In this document: in pieces, positions 1-8,234 of the stretch
How the letters are laid out: the number at the start of each line of letters is the position of its first letter
Numbering within the stretch: position 1 is the stretch's first letter
Virus genome (UHGV): UHGV-0208284
Reading direction: 5' to 3' (one strand)
DNA from: a virus
DNA length: 12,688 nucleotides
Position numbers and translations under genes: made by a program
Notes under the pieces: generated by a model
Told to the model about the DNA's origin: nothing
The model's input: only the letters and a program-made list of their open reading frames with translations
The model's database searches: none

Positions 1-346
1 GGTTGTCCGGTATTTGCCGGTATGGAATTACCGAAAGGCGCGGTAGTTACTGAGTAACAGGCATTACAGCAGCCCTTCAGTGTGAGGGGCTGCGATAATG
101 CCGGTATTAGAGTGCGTGTAAATGATAATCGCTCCCATTTTCACGGGTCCTTTCCGGAATCTGAAACACCGAGGGACGGCATACGCGCAGAAATCGCCAA
201 ATTTTTGCATTTTCATTCGTCATCATCATCTTGTTAACCGCATGATATTTATTGTTAATTTATTTTTTCTATGTCGAAATTGGTGGTTTTTTATTCATCA
301 ACATAAAGCTCGTCGTGATCTTGGTTTTTTATGTGTCGGGTAAATT
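1..346 (+). other. Candidate packaging-initiation (cos-like) region upstream of the terminase genes
   Basis: Non-coding leader directly 5-prime of the small terminase gene, which is where cos lies in lambda-type phages. It holds three copies of CCGGTAT (7-13, 18-24, 101-107), a 7-bp inverted repeat gcagccc/gggctgc (69-75 and 87-93), and an AT-rich stretch (about 220-345) with two GGTTTTTTAT direct repeats. The only ORF here (122-343) is low-complexity and has no ribosome-binding site. No cohesive-end sequence can be identified from sequence alone. Confidence 0.25.
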
Positions 347-844
347 ATGGATCGTGAACTGAAGAATCTTGCACTCAACATCAGTCAGGTAGCTGCTCTG
401 TCTGGATTGCACCGACAAACGGTATCTGAAAGGTTAAAAAAAATTAAAACCGCTGGTGGGCACGACAAACTTAAGTTGTACAAACTCACTGATATTCTGG
501 CTGAGTTATTGAAGTTGCCACCGCCTGTCGCTGAAGGGGAAATGGATCCTCACGACCGAAAAGCCTGGTATCAGTCAGAACGGGAACGCCTGAAATTCGA
601 ACAGGAAGTCGGAGAATTGATCCCTGCGTCTGATGTCGCCCGTGAATTTGCTGAAATGGCAAAGGCTATGGTGCAGGTTCTGGAAACTCTCCCCGATATT
701 CTTGAACGCGATTGTGCTCTTGAGCCTTCGGCTGTCATGCGGGTGCAAAGCATTATTGATGATCTGCGTGACGAAATTGCGCGGCGGGTGGCGGATGACA
801 GCAAACCGGAAGATGAAGAGGAGGAAAATCAGGAGGACGAATAA
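347..844 (+). CDS. Terminase small subunit (Nu1-like, N-terminal HTH, acidic C-terminal tail)
   Basis: 165-aa ORF immediately upstream of, and overlapping by 1 nt (TAATG), the large terminase. It has an N-terminal helix-turn-helix-like segment (ISQVAALSGLHRQTVSERL) and an acidic C-terminus (PEDEEEENQEDE). Position and architecture are typical of lambda-type small terminases. Confidence 0.7.
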   Translation: MDRELKNLALNISQVAALSGLHRQTVSERLKKIKTAGGHDKLKLYKLTDILAELLKLPPPVAEGEMDPHDRKAWYQSERERLKFEQEVGELIPASDVAREFAEMAKAMVQVLETLPDILERDCALEPSAVMRVQSIIDDLRDEIARRVADDSKPEDEEEENQEDE

Positions 845-2961
845 TGCCTGTGCAGGCGACCGCCAGATCTTTGAAACTGGATACAGGCCAGTTAATTAAA
901 GCGCCGCGCAGAATGCCTGTTGCCGAAGCGGTTCAAAAATTTATGCGAGTCCCTACATCTGGTGGCAACTCTGTTCCGTGGGATCCACTGGTTGCACCGT
1001 ATGTGATTGAACCCATGAACTGCCTGTCGTCCCGTGAGTTTGATGCGGTTGTTTTTGTTGGTCCTGCCCGTACGGGCAAGACTAACGGCCTGATTGATGG
1101 CTGGGTGGTTTATAACATTGTCTGCGATCCGTCTGACTTTTTGCTGGTGCAGATGACGCAGGATAAGGCGCAGGAGCACTCCAAAAAGCGCCTGGCAAGA
1201 ACATTTCGTTGCAGTCCGGAGGTCAGAAAACGCCTCAGCCCACGCCGTAACGATAACAACGTTCATGACAAATATTTTCTGTCAGGTAGCTTTCTGAAAA
1301 TCGGCTGGCCATCCATCAATGTCATGTCATCCTCTGATTTTAAATGTGTGGCGCTGACTGATTACGACCGATTTCCTGAAGATATTGATGGCGAAGGCGA
1401 TGGTTTTTCCCTGGCGTCAAAACGTACCACCACATTTATGTCTGCAGGTATGACGCTGGTGGAGAGTTCGCCCGGGCGTGAGATCACAAACAGTAAGTGG
1501 CGCAGAACATCACCGCATGAGGCGCCGCCCACCACAGGTATCCTTTCTCTGTATAACCGTGGCGATCGTCGTCGCTGGTACTGGCCCTGCCCGGATTGTG
1601 GTGATTATTTTCAGCCATCCATGGAGGCTATGACGGGGTATCGTGACAATCCTGATCCTGTAAAAGCGAGTGAAGCGGCTCATATATTATGCCCTCATTG
1701 TGGCAACCGAATCACCGCGGACATGAAACGTGAACTGAATGGACGCGGTGTGTGGTTGCGTGAGGGTGAGCTGATCGACAGGGAAGGGAATGTTACCGGA
1801 ACACCCCGGCATTCAAGGGTTGCGTCATTCTGGATGGAGGGGCCCGCTGCAGCCTATCAGACCTGGGCACAACTGGTTTACAAACTACTGACAGCTGAGC
1901 AGGAATATGAAGCCACAGGCAGTGAAGAAACACTGAAGGCGGTGATTAATACCGACTGGGGATTACCTTATTTGCCTCGTTCTGCACTGGAGTTGCGCAG
2001 TGCAGATGTGCTGATGCAGCGGGCCGAAGATTACGGTAAACGCCTGGTGCCACCGAAAGTACGTTTTCTTATTGCGGCAGTCGACGTGCAGGGTGGGAAG
2101 AACCGGCGGTTTGTGGTGCAGATTACTGGCTATGGTGAGGACGGCGAACGCTGGCTGGTGGACCGTTATAACATCCGGCATTCATTGCGCTGTGATGAAA
2201 ATGGTGAGGCTCTTCCTGTACATCCCGGCGCTTACCCGGAAGACTGGCAGTTGCTGGTCACCGATGTACTGGAGAAAACATATCCGCTCCAGTCCGATTC
2301 GTCCCGCAGAATGCCTGTGCTGGCAATGGCGGTTGACAGTGGGGGTGAGGACGGTGTGACCGATAACGCCTATAAATTCTGGCGAAAATGTCGTCAGGAT
2401 GGACTGGGCCGACGGATTTTTCTGATAAAGGGTGACAGCACGAAACGCCAGAAAATTATCACCATCACACACCCGGATAATACCGGGCGAAGCGATCGCC
2501 GTGCTGATGCCCAGGGAAAGGTGCCGGTATACCTCCTGCAGACGGATCAGTTGAAAGACCAGCTAAGCAATAACCTGCAGCGTGAATCTCCCGGGCCGGG
2601 GTACATTCATTTTCCTGACTGGATTGGAGAATGGTTTTACGAAGAACTGACCTATGAAGAGCGTGGCGCTGACGGTAAATGGCGTAAGCCAGGCAAAGGG
2701 AATAACGAAGCCTTTGACCTTTTCTGTTATGCCCATGCGGTCGCCATTCTGCGTGGCTATGAAAAAATCCGTGACTGGAGTAACCCTCCCCAGTGGGCAA
2801 GAGGGCAGGATGCTGACGCGGGTGCTTCGGCAGACAAACGCTCTTCCGGTGTGGCGGACAAGAAAAACGTTGCCGGAAGAAATGAGCGGCGAGAAGAAGC
2901 GTCGTCAGAAGCGTTATCCGGAAACTGGTTATCACTACCCCGAAACGGAGGCTGGTTGTGA
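844..2961 (+). CDS. Terminase large subunit (lambda gpA-like)
   Basis: 705-aa ORF with a Walker A P-loop (GPARTGKT, nt about 1060-1083) and two CxxC pairs forming a zinc-ribbon-like motif (CPDCGD ... CPHCGN, nt about 1588-1712). Size and domain order match the gpA family as I recall it; it follows the small subunit and precedes W-like and portal genes. Confidence 0.9.
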   Translation: MPVQATARSLKLDTGQLIKAPRRMPVAEAVQKFMRVPTSGGNSVPWDPLVAPYVIEPMNCLSSREFDAVVFVGPARTGKTNGLIDGWVVYNIVCDPSDFLLVQMTQDKAQEHSKKRLARTFRCSPEVRKRLSPRRNDNNVHDKYFLSGSFLKIGWPSINVMSSSDFKCVALTDYDRFPEDIDGEGDGFSLASKRTTTFMSAGMTLVESSPGREITNSKWRRTSPHEAPPTTGILSLYNRGDRRRWYWPCPDCGDYFQPSMEAMTGYRDNPDPVKASEAAHILCPHCGNRITADMKRELNGRGVWLREGELIDREGNVTGTPRHSRVASFWMEGPAAAYQTWAQLVYKLLTAEQEYEATGSEETLKAVINTDWGLPYLPRSALELRSADVLMQRAEDYGKRLVPPKVRFLIAAVDVQGGKNRRFVVQITGYGEDGERWLVDRYNIRHSLRCDENGEALPVHPGAYPEDWQLLVTDVLEKTYPLQSDSSRRMPVLAMAVDSGGEDGVTDNAYKFWRKCRQDGLGRRIFLIKGDSTKRQKIITITHPDNTGRSDRRADAQGKVPVYLLQTDQLKDQLSNNLQRESPGPGYIHFPDWIGEWFYEELTYEERGADGKWRKPGKGNNEAFDLFCYAHAVAILRGYEKIRDWSNPPQWARGQDADAGASADKRSSGVADKKNVAGRNERREEASSEALSGNWLSLPRNGGWL

Positions 2962-3176
2962 AGAAAGAAGAAGTTTATCAGACGCTGGTCATGGTGCGTC
3001 AGGCTTACCGGGACTCCCTTGATGGTAAAAGCGTTTCCTTTACCGGGGTGAATGGTCGCGCCATTACTAATCATGATCCCGCTGCATTACGTGCAGAACT
3101 TGAATACTGGGAAAAACGCTGGGCGGCAGTCTGCCAGCCCACAAGGAAACCGTACAAACTCGCTCGTTTCTCCTGA
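2958..3176 (+). CDS. Head-tail joining protein (lambda gpW-like)
   Basis: 72-aa ORF starting at GTG 2958, overlapping the terminase stop (GTGA), with a GGAGG ribosome-binding site 6 nt upstream. The pattern D-x3-GK-x-V ... GR ... L ... LE resembles lambda W, and it sits between gpA-like and portal genes as in lambda. Confidence 0.6.
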   Translation: MKKEEVYQTLVMVRQAYRDSLDGKSVSFTGVNGRAITNHDPAALRAELEYWEKRWAAVCQPTRKPYKLARFS

Positions 3177-3184
3177 GGATTTTT

Positions 3185-4696
3185 ATGGGTTTTTTTGATA
3201 AAGCACTTGGCGCAATTGCGCCAGGGTGGGCAGTTTCGCGTGCCAGAAACAAAATGCTGTTGAGGGCTTATGAAGCAGCGCAGCCTTCACGCCTGAATAA
3301 GGCCCGGCGCGAAGTCCGTTCGGCGGATACTGCTGTTTTTGCAGCCGGGACGTCATTACGTGAACAGGCAAGAGCGCTGGATGAAGATCACGATATCGTG
3401 ATTGGTCTGCTGGATAAGCTGGAAGAGCGGGTTATTGGCGCACAGGGGATCCAGGTCGAGCCGCAACCACTGAGAAGCGACGGCACGCTTCATGAGTCAC
3501 TGGCGGAGCAGATATCGTCGCTGTGGTCTGAATGGTCCGTTCGCCCGGAGGTGACGGGGATGTTCACCCGTCCGGAAGCTGAACGGATGGCGCTGCGATC
3601 CGCCTTGCGTGATGGCGAAATGTTTGTACAGCTGGTGCGCGGACCTGTCGCCGGGCTGAATCATTCCACTGTGGTGCCATTATCACTGGAGCTTCTCGAA
3701 GCAGATTTTGTTCCGGTTAATCTGAATACGAATGCAGGGCAACAGATCCGTCAGGGCATAATTCTTAATAACTGGGGGCGGCCTGTAGGATATCGCGTAT
3801 ACAAATATCATCCTGCAAATCTGCGCGGTTTCAGCGCCGAGCTCAAAACTGTTAAGGCGGACAGCATGCTGCATCTGGCGATGCGGAAGCGCCTGCATCA
3901 AGTAAGAGGTGTCAGTCTGTTACATGGCGTGATTCGCCGGATTGCAGATCTGAAAGATTACGAAGAATCAGAGCGAGTGGCTGCCCGTATTGCTGCCGCG
4001 CTTGGCTTCTACATTAAACGCGGTGATGCAGCCAGCTTTCCGACGGATAACGACTGGACACCTCCGGAACAAAAAAACCGATATTTTGATATTTCGCCGG
4101 GCATGATTTTTGACGAACTGGCACCCGGTGAAGATCTGGGAATGGTGGAGTCTAACCGCCCGAATGTTCATCTTTATGAATTCCGTAACGGTCAGTTGCG
4201 GGCTGTGGCTGCCGGAACCCGTGGCAGTTATTCCAGTATTGCCCGTGACTATAACGGCTCCTACAGTTCGCAGCGCCAGGAACTGGTGGAAGGTTACGAA
4301 GGCTACGGTGTTTTACAGCAGTGGTTTGTCGGTCAGTACAGTCGCCCGGTGTACCGGGCATGGCTGGAGCAGGCAAAGCCTTTTCTTGATATTCCCCCTG
4401 ATGTGGATATATCCACGCTTTTCAACGCAACTTATCTTGGCCCGGTGATGCCGTGGATTGATCCGGTGAAGGAGGCTGCAGCATGGCGGGCCATTCTTCG
4501 CGGTGGTGCCGGGACGGAGGCCGAGTGGATACGTGCTCGTGGGCAGTCACCGCAGGAAGTAAAACGCCAGCGACTGCGTGAAACTGAATTTAACCGGGAA
4601 AACGGTTTGGTGTTCGATTCGGATGCCGCTAACGATAAAGGAGTGATTCCTGATGCAGCAAATGACAAGTCCGCGTCTTCGCGGGACGATAATTAA
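3185..4696 (+). CDS. Portal protein (lambda gpB-like, putative)
   Basis: 503-aa ORF located between the W-like gene and the prohead protease, with a GAGGA ribosome-binding site upstream of the ATG. Size fits lambda-family portals. The assignment rests on synteny and size; I do not recognise a diagnostic motif. Confidence 0.65.
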   Translation: MGFFDKALGAIAPGWAVSRARNKMLLRAYEAAQPSRLNKARREVRSADTAVFAAGTSLREQARALDEDHDIVIGLLDKLEERVIGAQGIQVEPQPLRSDGTLHESLAEQISSLWSEWSVRPEVTGMFTRPEAERMALRSALRDGEMFVQLVRGPVAGLNHSTVVPLSLELLEADFVPVNLNTNAGQQIRQGIILNNWGRPVGYRVYKYHPANLRGFSAELKTVKADSMLHLAMRKRLHQVRGVSLLHGVIRRIADLKDYEESERVAARIAAALGFYIKRGDAASFPTDNDWTPPEQKNRYFDISPGMIFDELAPGEDLGMVESNRPNVHLYEFRNGQLRAVAAGTRGSYSSIARDYNGSYSSQRQELVEGYEGYGVLQQWFVGQYSRPVYRAWLEQAKPFLDIPPDVDISTLFNATYLGPVMPWIDPVKEAAAWRAILRGGAGTEAEWIRARGQSPQEVKRQRLRETEFNRENGLVFDSDAANDKGVIPDAANDKSASSRDDN

Positions 4697-6740
4697 TCCC
4701 CGTGCCAGCCTTGCGGGGGTGGATGCCGCTAATGGTCAGTGCTGGTACGAAATCCGGGCACAGACTGCCGGGCGGGTGGAAATTTTTCTTTATGACGTAA
4801 TTGGTGGATGGGGGATTTCAGCACAACAGTTCATCAATGACTGTAAGGAAGCGGGGGTGTTTGAGGCCAGCGCCATTGATTTGCATATTCACAGCCCGGG
4901 CGGCGATGTGATGCAGGGCTTTGCCATCTTTAACACGCTGTCACGCCTGAAAGCAAAGGTGGATATCTGGGTGGATGGTGTTGCTGCCAGCATGGCCTCC
5001 ATGATTGTCTGCCTGCCCGGCGCCACAGTACATATGCCGGAGAATTCCTGGCTGATGATACACAAGCCGTGGGGCGGCGCTTCCGGCGATGCGGATGATA
5101 TGCGTGATTATGCCGACTGGCTGGATCGCAACGAGGCGTTGATGCTGTCAGCCTACATGAATAAAAGCGGACTCGGGCAGGAGGAGCTGGAAGCCATGCT
5201 GAAAGCAGAAACCTGGATGAACGGTGCTGAAGCTGTGGAAAAAGGCTTCGCTGATACGCTTGAACCTGAATTACAGGCTGCGGCCTGTGTGAATCAAAAT
5301 AAACTGAAGGATTACCATAACATGCCAGAACAGATTAACGCGCTTTTTGCTCCGCGTGCAGAAACGACGAACGGACAGCAGCAGGAACCGAAAACAGCCC
5401 CGCAAAATGCACAACAGACAACTGCTCAGCAGGTGCCATCAACCGGAAATGTGGATATCAGCGCAATTGCTTCGCAGGTTCAGCAACAACTGATGGCAGC
5501 CAATGCGGAACGTGTGCAGGCTGTAACTGCAGTATTTGCCTCTTTCCCGTCTTATGCCGACCTGAAAGCGGAGTGTCTGAACGACATGACCTGTACGGAA
5601 GCACAGGCCCGTGAAAAACTGTTGCAGGCGCTGGCAGCCGGAACGACACCAAGTGCAGGTCCGGGAGCCATTCATATTCATGCAGGAAACGGTAATCTGG
5701 TTGGCGATTCCATTCGTGCAGCTGTCATGGCGCGCGCCGGATATGCCGAAGCAGAAAAAGACAATGCCTATAACGGCTTTACACTGCGTGAATTGGCGCG
5801 TGCTTCGCTGGTTGATCGCGGCATCGGTATTTCCGGTCATTCCGCGCCCATGGCGATGGTTGGACTGGCATTCACTCACAGCAACAGCGATTTCGGCAAT
5901 ATCCTGATGGATGTGGCCCATAAAGCCGCGTTGCAGGGCTGGGATGAGGCCAGCGAAAATTTTGACAAGTGGACCCGCAAGGGAACGCTGACCGATTTTA
6001 AAACAGCGCACCGCGTCGGGCTGGAAACTTTCCCGACGCTGCGTCAGGTATTACCGGGCGCTGAATATAAGTATGTAACGCTGAAAGATCGTGGCGAACC
6101 GATTGCACTGGCGACTTATGGCGAATTGTTCAGCATTGATCGCCAGACCATCATCAATGATGACCTGGATATGCTGACCCGTATTCCGATGGCTATGGGG
6201 GCGGCAGCACGCACTACTGTGGGAGATCTGGTCTGGGCTGTGCTGACCAGCAACCCCAAAATGTCGGATGGCAAACCGCTGTTCCATGCAGATCATGGCA
6301 ACCTGGTGACGGCAGATTTGTCTATTGAAGGGCTGGATTCCGGGCGTAAAGCCATGCTGCTCCAGAAATCAGGTGACCGTCGCCTGAACATTCGTCCTGC
6401 TTTTATGCTGACGCCTGTAGCCATTGAGTCGCGAGCTAATCAACTGATTAAGTCTGCCAGTGTGCCTGGTGCAGATGCGAACAGCGGCATTATTAACCCG
6501 ATCCAGAATTTCGTCACAGTTTTGTCAGAAGCCCGTCTTGATGACAACAGTCCGACGGATTATTACCTGGTGGCAGCGCAGGGGCGTGACACGATTGAAG
6601 TGGCTTATCTTGATGGTATTGATACGCCATATCTGGAACAGCAACAGGGCTTTACGATTGATGGCGCAGCCTTCAAGGTGCGCATTGATGCTGGTGTGGC
6701 ACCACTTGACTGGCGAGGTATGGTCAAAGTGAAAAAATAA
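4653..6740 (+). CDS. Prohead protease (ClpP-like, S14) fused to a Gln-rich linker and a C-terminal major capsid domain
   Basis: 695-aa ORF with an AAGGAG ribosome-binding site about 10 nt upstream, overlapping the portal 3-prime end by 44 nt. The N-terminal region of about 200 aa carries ClpP-like Ser and His motifs (GVAASMASM at nt about 4976-5000; MIHKPWGG at nt about 5054-5077). A Gln/Ala-rich low-complexity linker follows (nt about 5290-5650), then about 360 aa that I infer to be the major capsid domain, because no other capsid-sized gene lies between portal and tail genes and a strong terminator follows the gene. Confidence 0.75.
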   Translation: MQQMTSPRLRGTIINPRASLAGVDAANGQCWYEIRAQTAGRVEIFLYDVIGGWGISAQQFINDCKEAGVFEASAIDLHIHSPGGDVMQGFAIFNTLSRLKAKVDIWVDGVAASMASMIVCLPGATVHMPENSWLMIHKPWGGASGDADDMRDYADWLDRNEALMLSAYMNKSGLGQEELEAMLKAETWMNGAEAVEKGFADTLEPELQAAACVNQNKLKDYHNMPEQINALFAPRAETTNGQQQEPKTAPQNAQQTTAQQVPSTGNVDISAIASQVQQQLMAANAERVQAVTAVFASFPSYADLKAECLNDMTCTEAQAREKLLQALAAGTTPSAGPGAIHIHAGNGNLVGDSIRAAVMARAGYAEAEKDNAYNGFTLRELARASLVDRGIGISGHSAPMAMVGLAFTHSNSDFGNILMDVAHKAALQGWDEASENFDKWTRKGTLTDFKTAHRVGLETFPTLRQVLPGAEYKYVTLKDRGEPIALATYGELFSIDRQTIINDDLDMLTRIPMAMGAAARTTVGDLVWAVLTSNPKMSDGKPLFHADHGNLVTADLSIEGLDSGRKAMLLQKSGDRRLNIRPAFMLTPVAIESRANQLIKSASVPGADANSGIINPIQNFVTVLSEARLDDNSPTDYYLVAAQGRDTIEVAYLDGIDTPYLEQQQGFTIDGAAFKVRIDAGVAPLDWRGMVKVKK

Positions 6741-6741
6741 T

Positions 6742-6769
6742 AAAAACCGCCGGACAGGGCGGTTTTTTT
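6742..6769 (+). terminator. Rho-independent terminator downstream of the capsid gene
   Basis: An A-tract, then stem ccgcc (6747-6751), loop ggacag, stem ggcgg (6758-6762), then T7 (6763-6769). The A-tract/T-tract flanks could extend the stem to 9 bp, which would let it act in both directions. It lies 2 nt after the capsid stop codon. Confidence 0.75.
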
Positions 6770-6815
6770 ATGACTGAGGCGGCGTGGCAGGCGCCGCATT
6801 TACCGGAGAGAAAAA

Positions 6816-7145
6816 ATGTCAAAAAATTATGTTCAGGACGGAAAAACCGTTGAGTGGGTGAATGGTACCGGAAAGGCTGTGTTATCAGGCGATCTTGTTG
6901 TTCAGGATAATCTTATCGGCGTTGCGCATGCTGATATTCCTGAAGATGCATCCGGTGTTTTACATACGACAGGTGTGTTTTCTTTGCCTAAAGAAGCGGA
7001 GGCGATGACTCAAGGTAAGCTGGTGTATTTCAAAGCCGATACGGCAACGCTGACGGCAACGAAATCAGGTAATACGCTGGTGGGTACCGTCTGGTGTAAC
7101 GCTGAAACCAGTGATGCCACTGTGTGTGTACGTCTGGGGTACTGA
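6816..7145 (+). CDS. DUF2190-like small head protein (putative decoration/cement protein)
   Basis: 109-aa ORF with a GGAGAG ribosome-binding site. Motifs GVF-LPK, G-x-VYF, NTLVG and a C-terminal V-x-V-x-L resemble the DUF2190 family commonly found next to capsid genes. It does not resemble lambda gpD. Confidence 0.6.
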   Translation: MSKNYVQDGKTVEWVNGTGKAVLSGDLVVQDNLIGVAHADIPEDASGVLHTTGVFSLPKEAEAMTQGKLVYFKADTATLTATKSGNTLVGTVWCNAETSDATVCVRLGY

Positions 7146-7531
7146 TGAACAGGTTCCGACGCCTGCTTACAAACGCGGATGCCCGGGTAACCCGGGCATT
7201 TGCTGAAGAGATACCCGCATATCTGTTCCTCCGGGACGGAGAAAAACGGCCTGTGAGGGTGATATTCGAATCGCCGGATGCGACCGTCGGGATCCGTGAT
7301 GGTGGTGAAATTAATGATCATGCGCCAGCCTTCAGTGTCATGACAGCAGATATTTCCGGATTAATGAAACGTGATCAGGTGGAAATTAATGCTGATATTT
7401 TTCATGTGACACATATTGGCGCTGATGAGGAAGGGCGTACGCGGGTTACCCTCGCGCGGGGAGAACCCGGAAGAAGTACACCTGCTGCCCCTGTCCGACC
7501 GAGTAAACGTTATGGCAGTCAGAGAGCATGA
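7145..7531 (+). CDS. Head-tail attachment protein (lambda gpFII-like)
   Basis: 128-aa ORF starting at ATG 7145, overlapping the upstream stop (TGATG). Segments VRVIFESPDA and PAFSVMTADISGLMKRDQVEINADIFHVTHIGADEEGRTRVTLARG parallel lambda FII (VIRGVFDDPE ... SLFVRTDEVRQLRRGDTLTIG ... WLGRG) as I recall it. Confidence 0.6.
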   Translation: MNRFRRLLTNADARVTRAFAEEIPAYLFLRDGEKRPVRVIFESPDATVGIRDGGEINDHAPAFSVMTADISGLMKRDQVEINADIFHVTHIGADEEGRTRVTLARGEPGRSTPAAPVRPSKRYGSQRA

Positions 7532-8234
7532 ACGAAGCAGTGCCCGGCAGCGACGGCTGGCACGAAACCTCGTCGTTGATATTGATGAAGATGAGGTGCT
7601 GAAAATTATCGCGAAACTGGGTGGTTCAAAAAGTCAGATCCGTAAAGCCTGGGGTGTGGCGCTGAAAAGAGCCGCGTCCGCACTGCGGATGAAGGCCATG
7701 GCAGAGTTTAAAAAACAGGTTGCGCCACGCAGCCAGAAAATGATCAAAAACCGTGTTTTGAATGCTTTTATCATTCGTCGAAATGGCGATGAGTTTGATG
7801 AGGCGAAGGTATGGTTTGGCCTGAACGCCATCAAAGTACGTGATTTGCGCGGACGTATTACCGGTGGAAGGCGTGGTGAACGCCATCAGTTGCGCGATGA
7901 ACGGGGACGTTTTGCACCGGCCACACGCCGAAGACAGGCGAGGGAGATTCGTTTTAAACCTGCCGGGGAGGCAATACCGGTCACTACCTGGTCAGGTGAA
8001 GAGGCTTTCATTAATGAATTTGAGTCTGAAAACCGGAGCGGACGCATTTCACGACGTAAGACGGTACTGGTCCGGCAGGCATCCGGACGACGAAGGGTGC
8101 GCGAAGCAGAAATTGATATTTATGAAGCCATGCTGAACCGTATAGAGGATTTTGTTTTCCCGGATGCGGAAGCGCTGATCCTGAAAAATTTTGAGCATGA
8201 ACTGAAATTCCGGGTATTTAAGGGGCTGGAGTGA
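7512..8234 (+). CDS. Hypothetical Arg/Lys-rich virion morphogenesis protein (possible neck or tail-completion protein)
   Basis: 240-aa ORF from the first in-frame ATG that does not deeply overlap the FII-like gene (20-nt overlap). It is very basic (for example RRGERHQLRDERGRFAPATRRRQAREIRFK) and sits between head-completion and baseplate genes. Family not recognised. The start is uncertain because the ribosome-binding site is weak; the open frame extends back to 7416. Confidence 0.5.
   Translation: MAVREHERSSARQRRLARNLVVDIDEDEVLKIIAKLGGSKSQIRKAWGVALKRAASALRMKAMAEFKKQVAPRSQKMIKNRVLNAFIIRRNGDEFDEAKVWFGLNAIKVRDLRGRITGGRRGERHQLRDERGRFAPATRRRQAREIRFKPAGEAIPVTTWSGEEAFINEFESENRSGRISRRKTVLVRQASGRRRVREAEIDIYEAMLNRIEDFVFPDAEALILKNFEHELKFRVFKGLE

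Noticed and set aside
122-343. 73-aa + strand ORF in the upstream leader
   Set aside because: Low-complexity, AT-rich, no convincing ribosome-binding site, and it lies in the region better explained as non-coding packaging or regulatory DNA.
571-6799. Antisense ORFs embedded in the terminase, portal and capsid genes (for example 571-804, 892-1266, 1963-2181, 2182-2472, 2465-2935, 2757-3074, 3683-3901, 4432-4668, 5439-6011, 6051-6296, 6605-6799)
   Set aside because: Each lies wholly inside a well-supported + strand gene. Their translations are Arg/Ser/Cys-rich and typical of antisense reading of GC-rich coding DNA, and none has a recognisable motif.
7416-7511. Longer start at 7416 for the Arg-rich protein
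   Set aside because: It would overlap the FII-like gene by 116 nt. The ATG at 7512 is preferred, but with a weak ribosome-binding site this stays uncertain.
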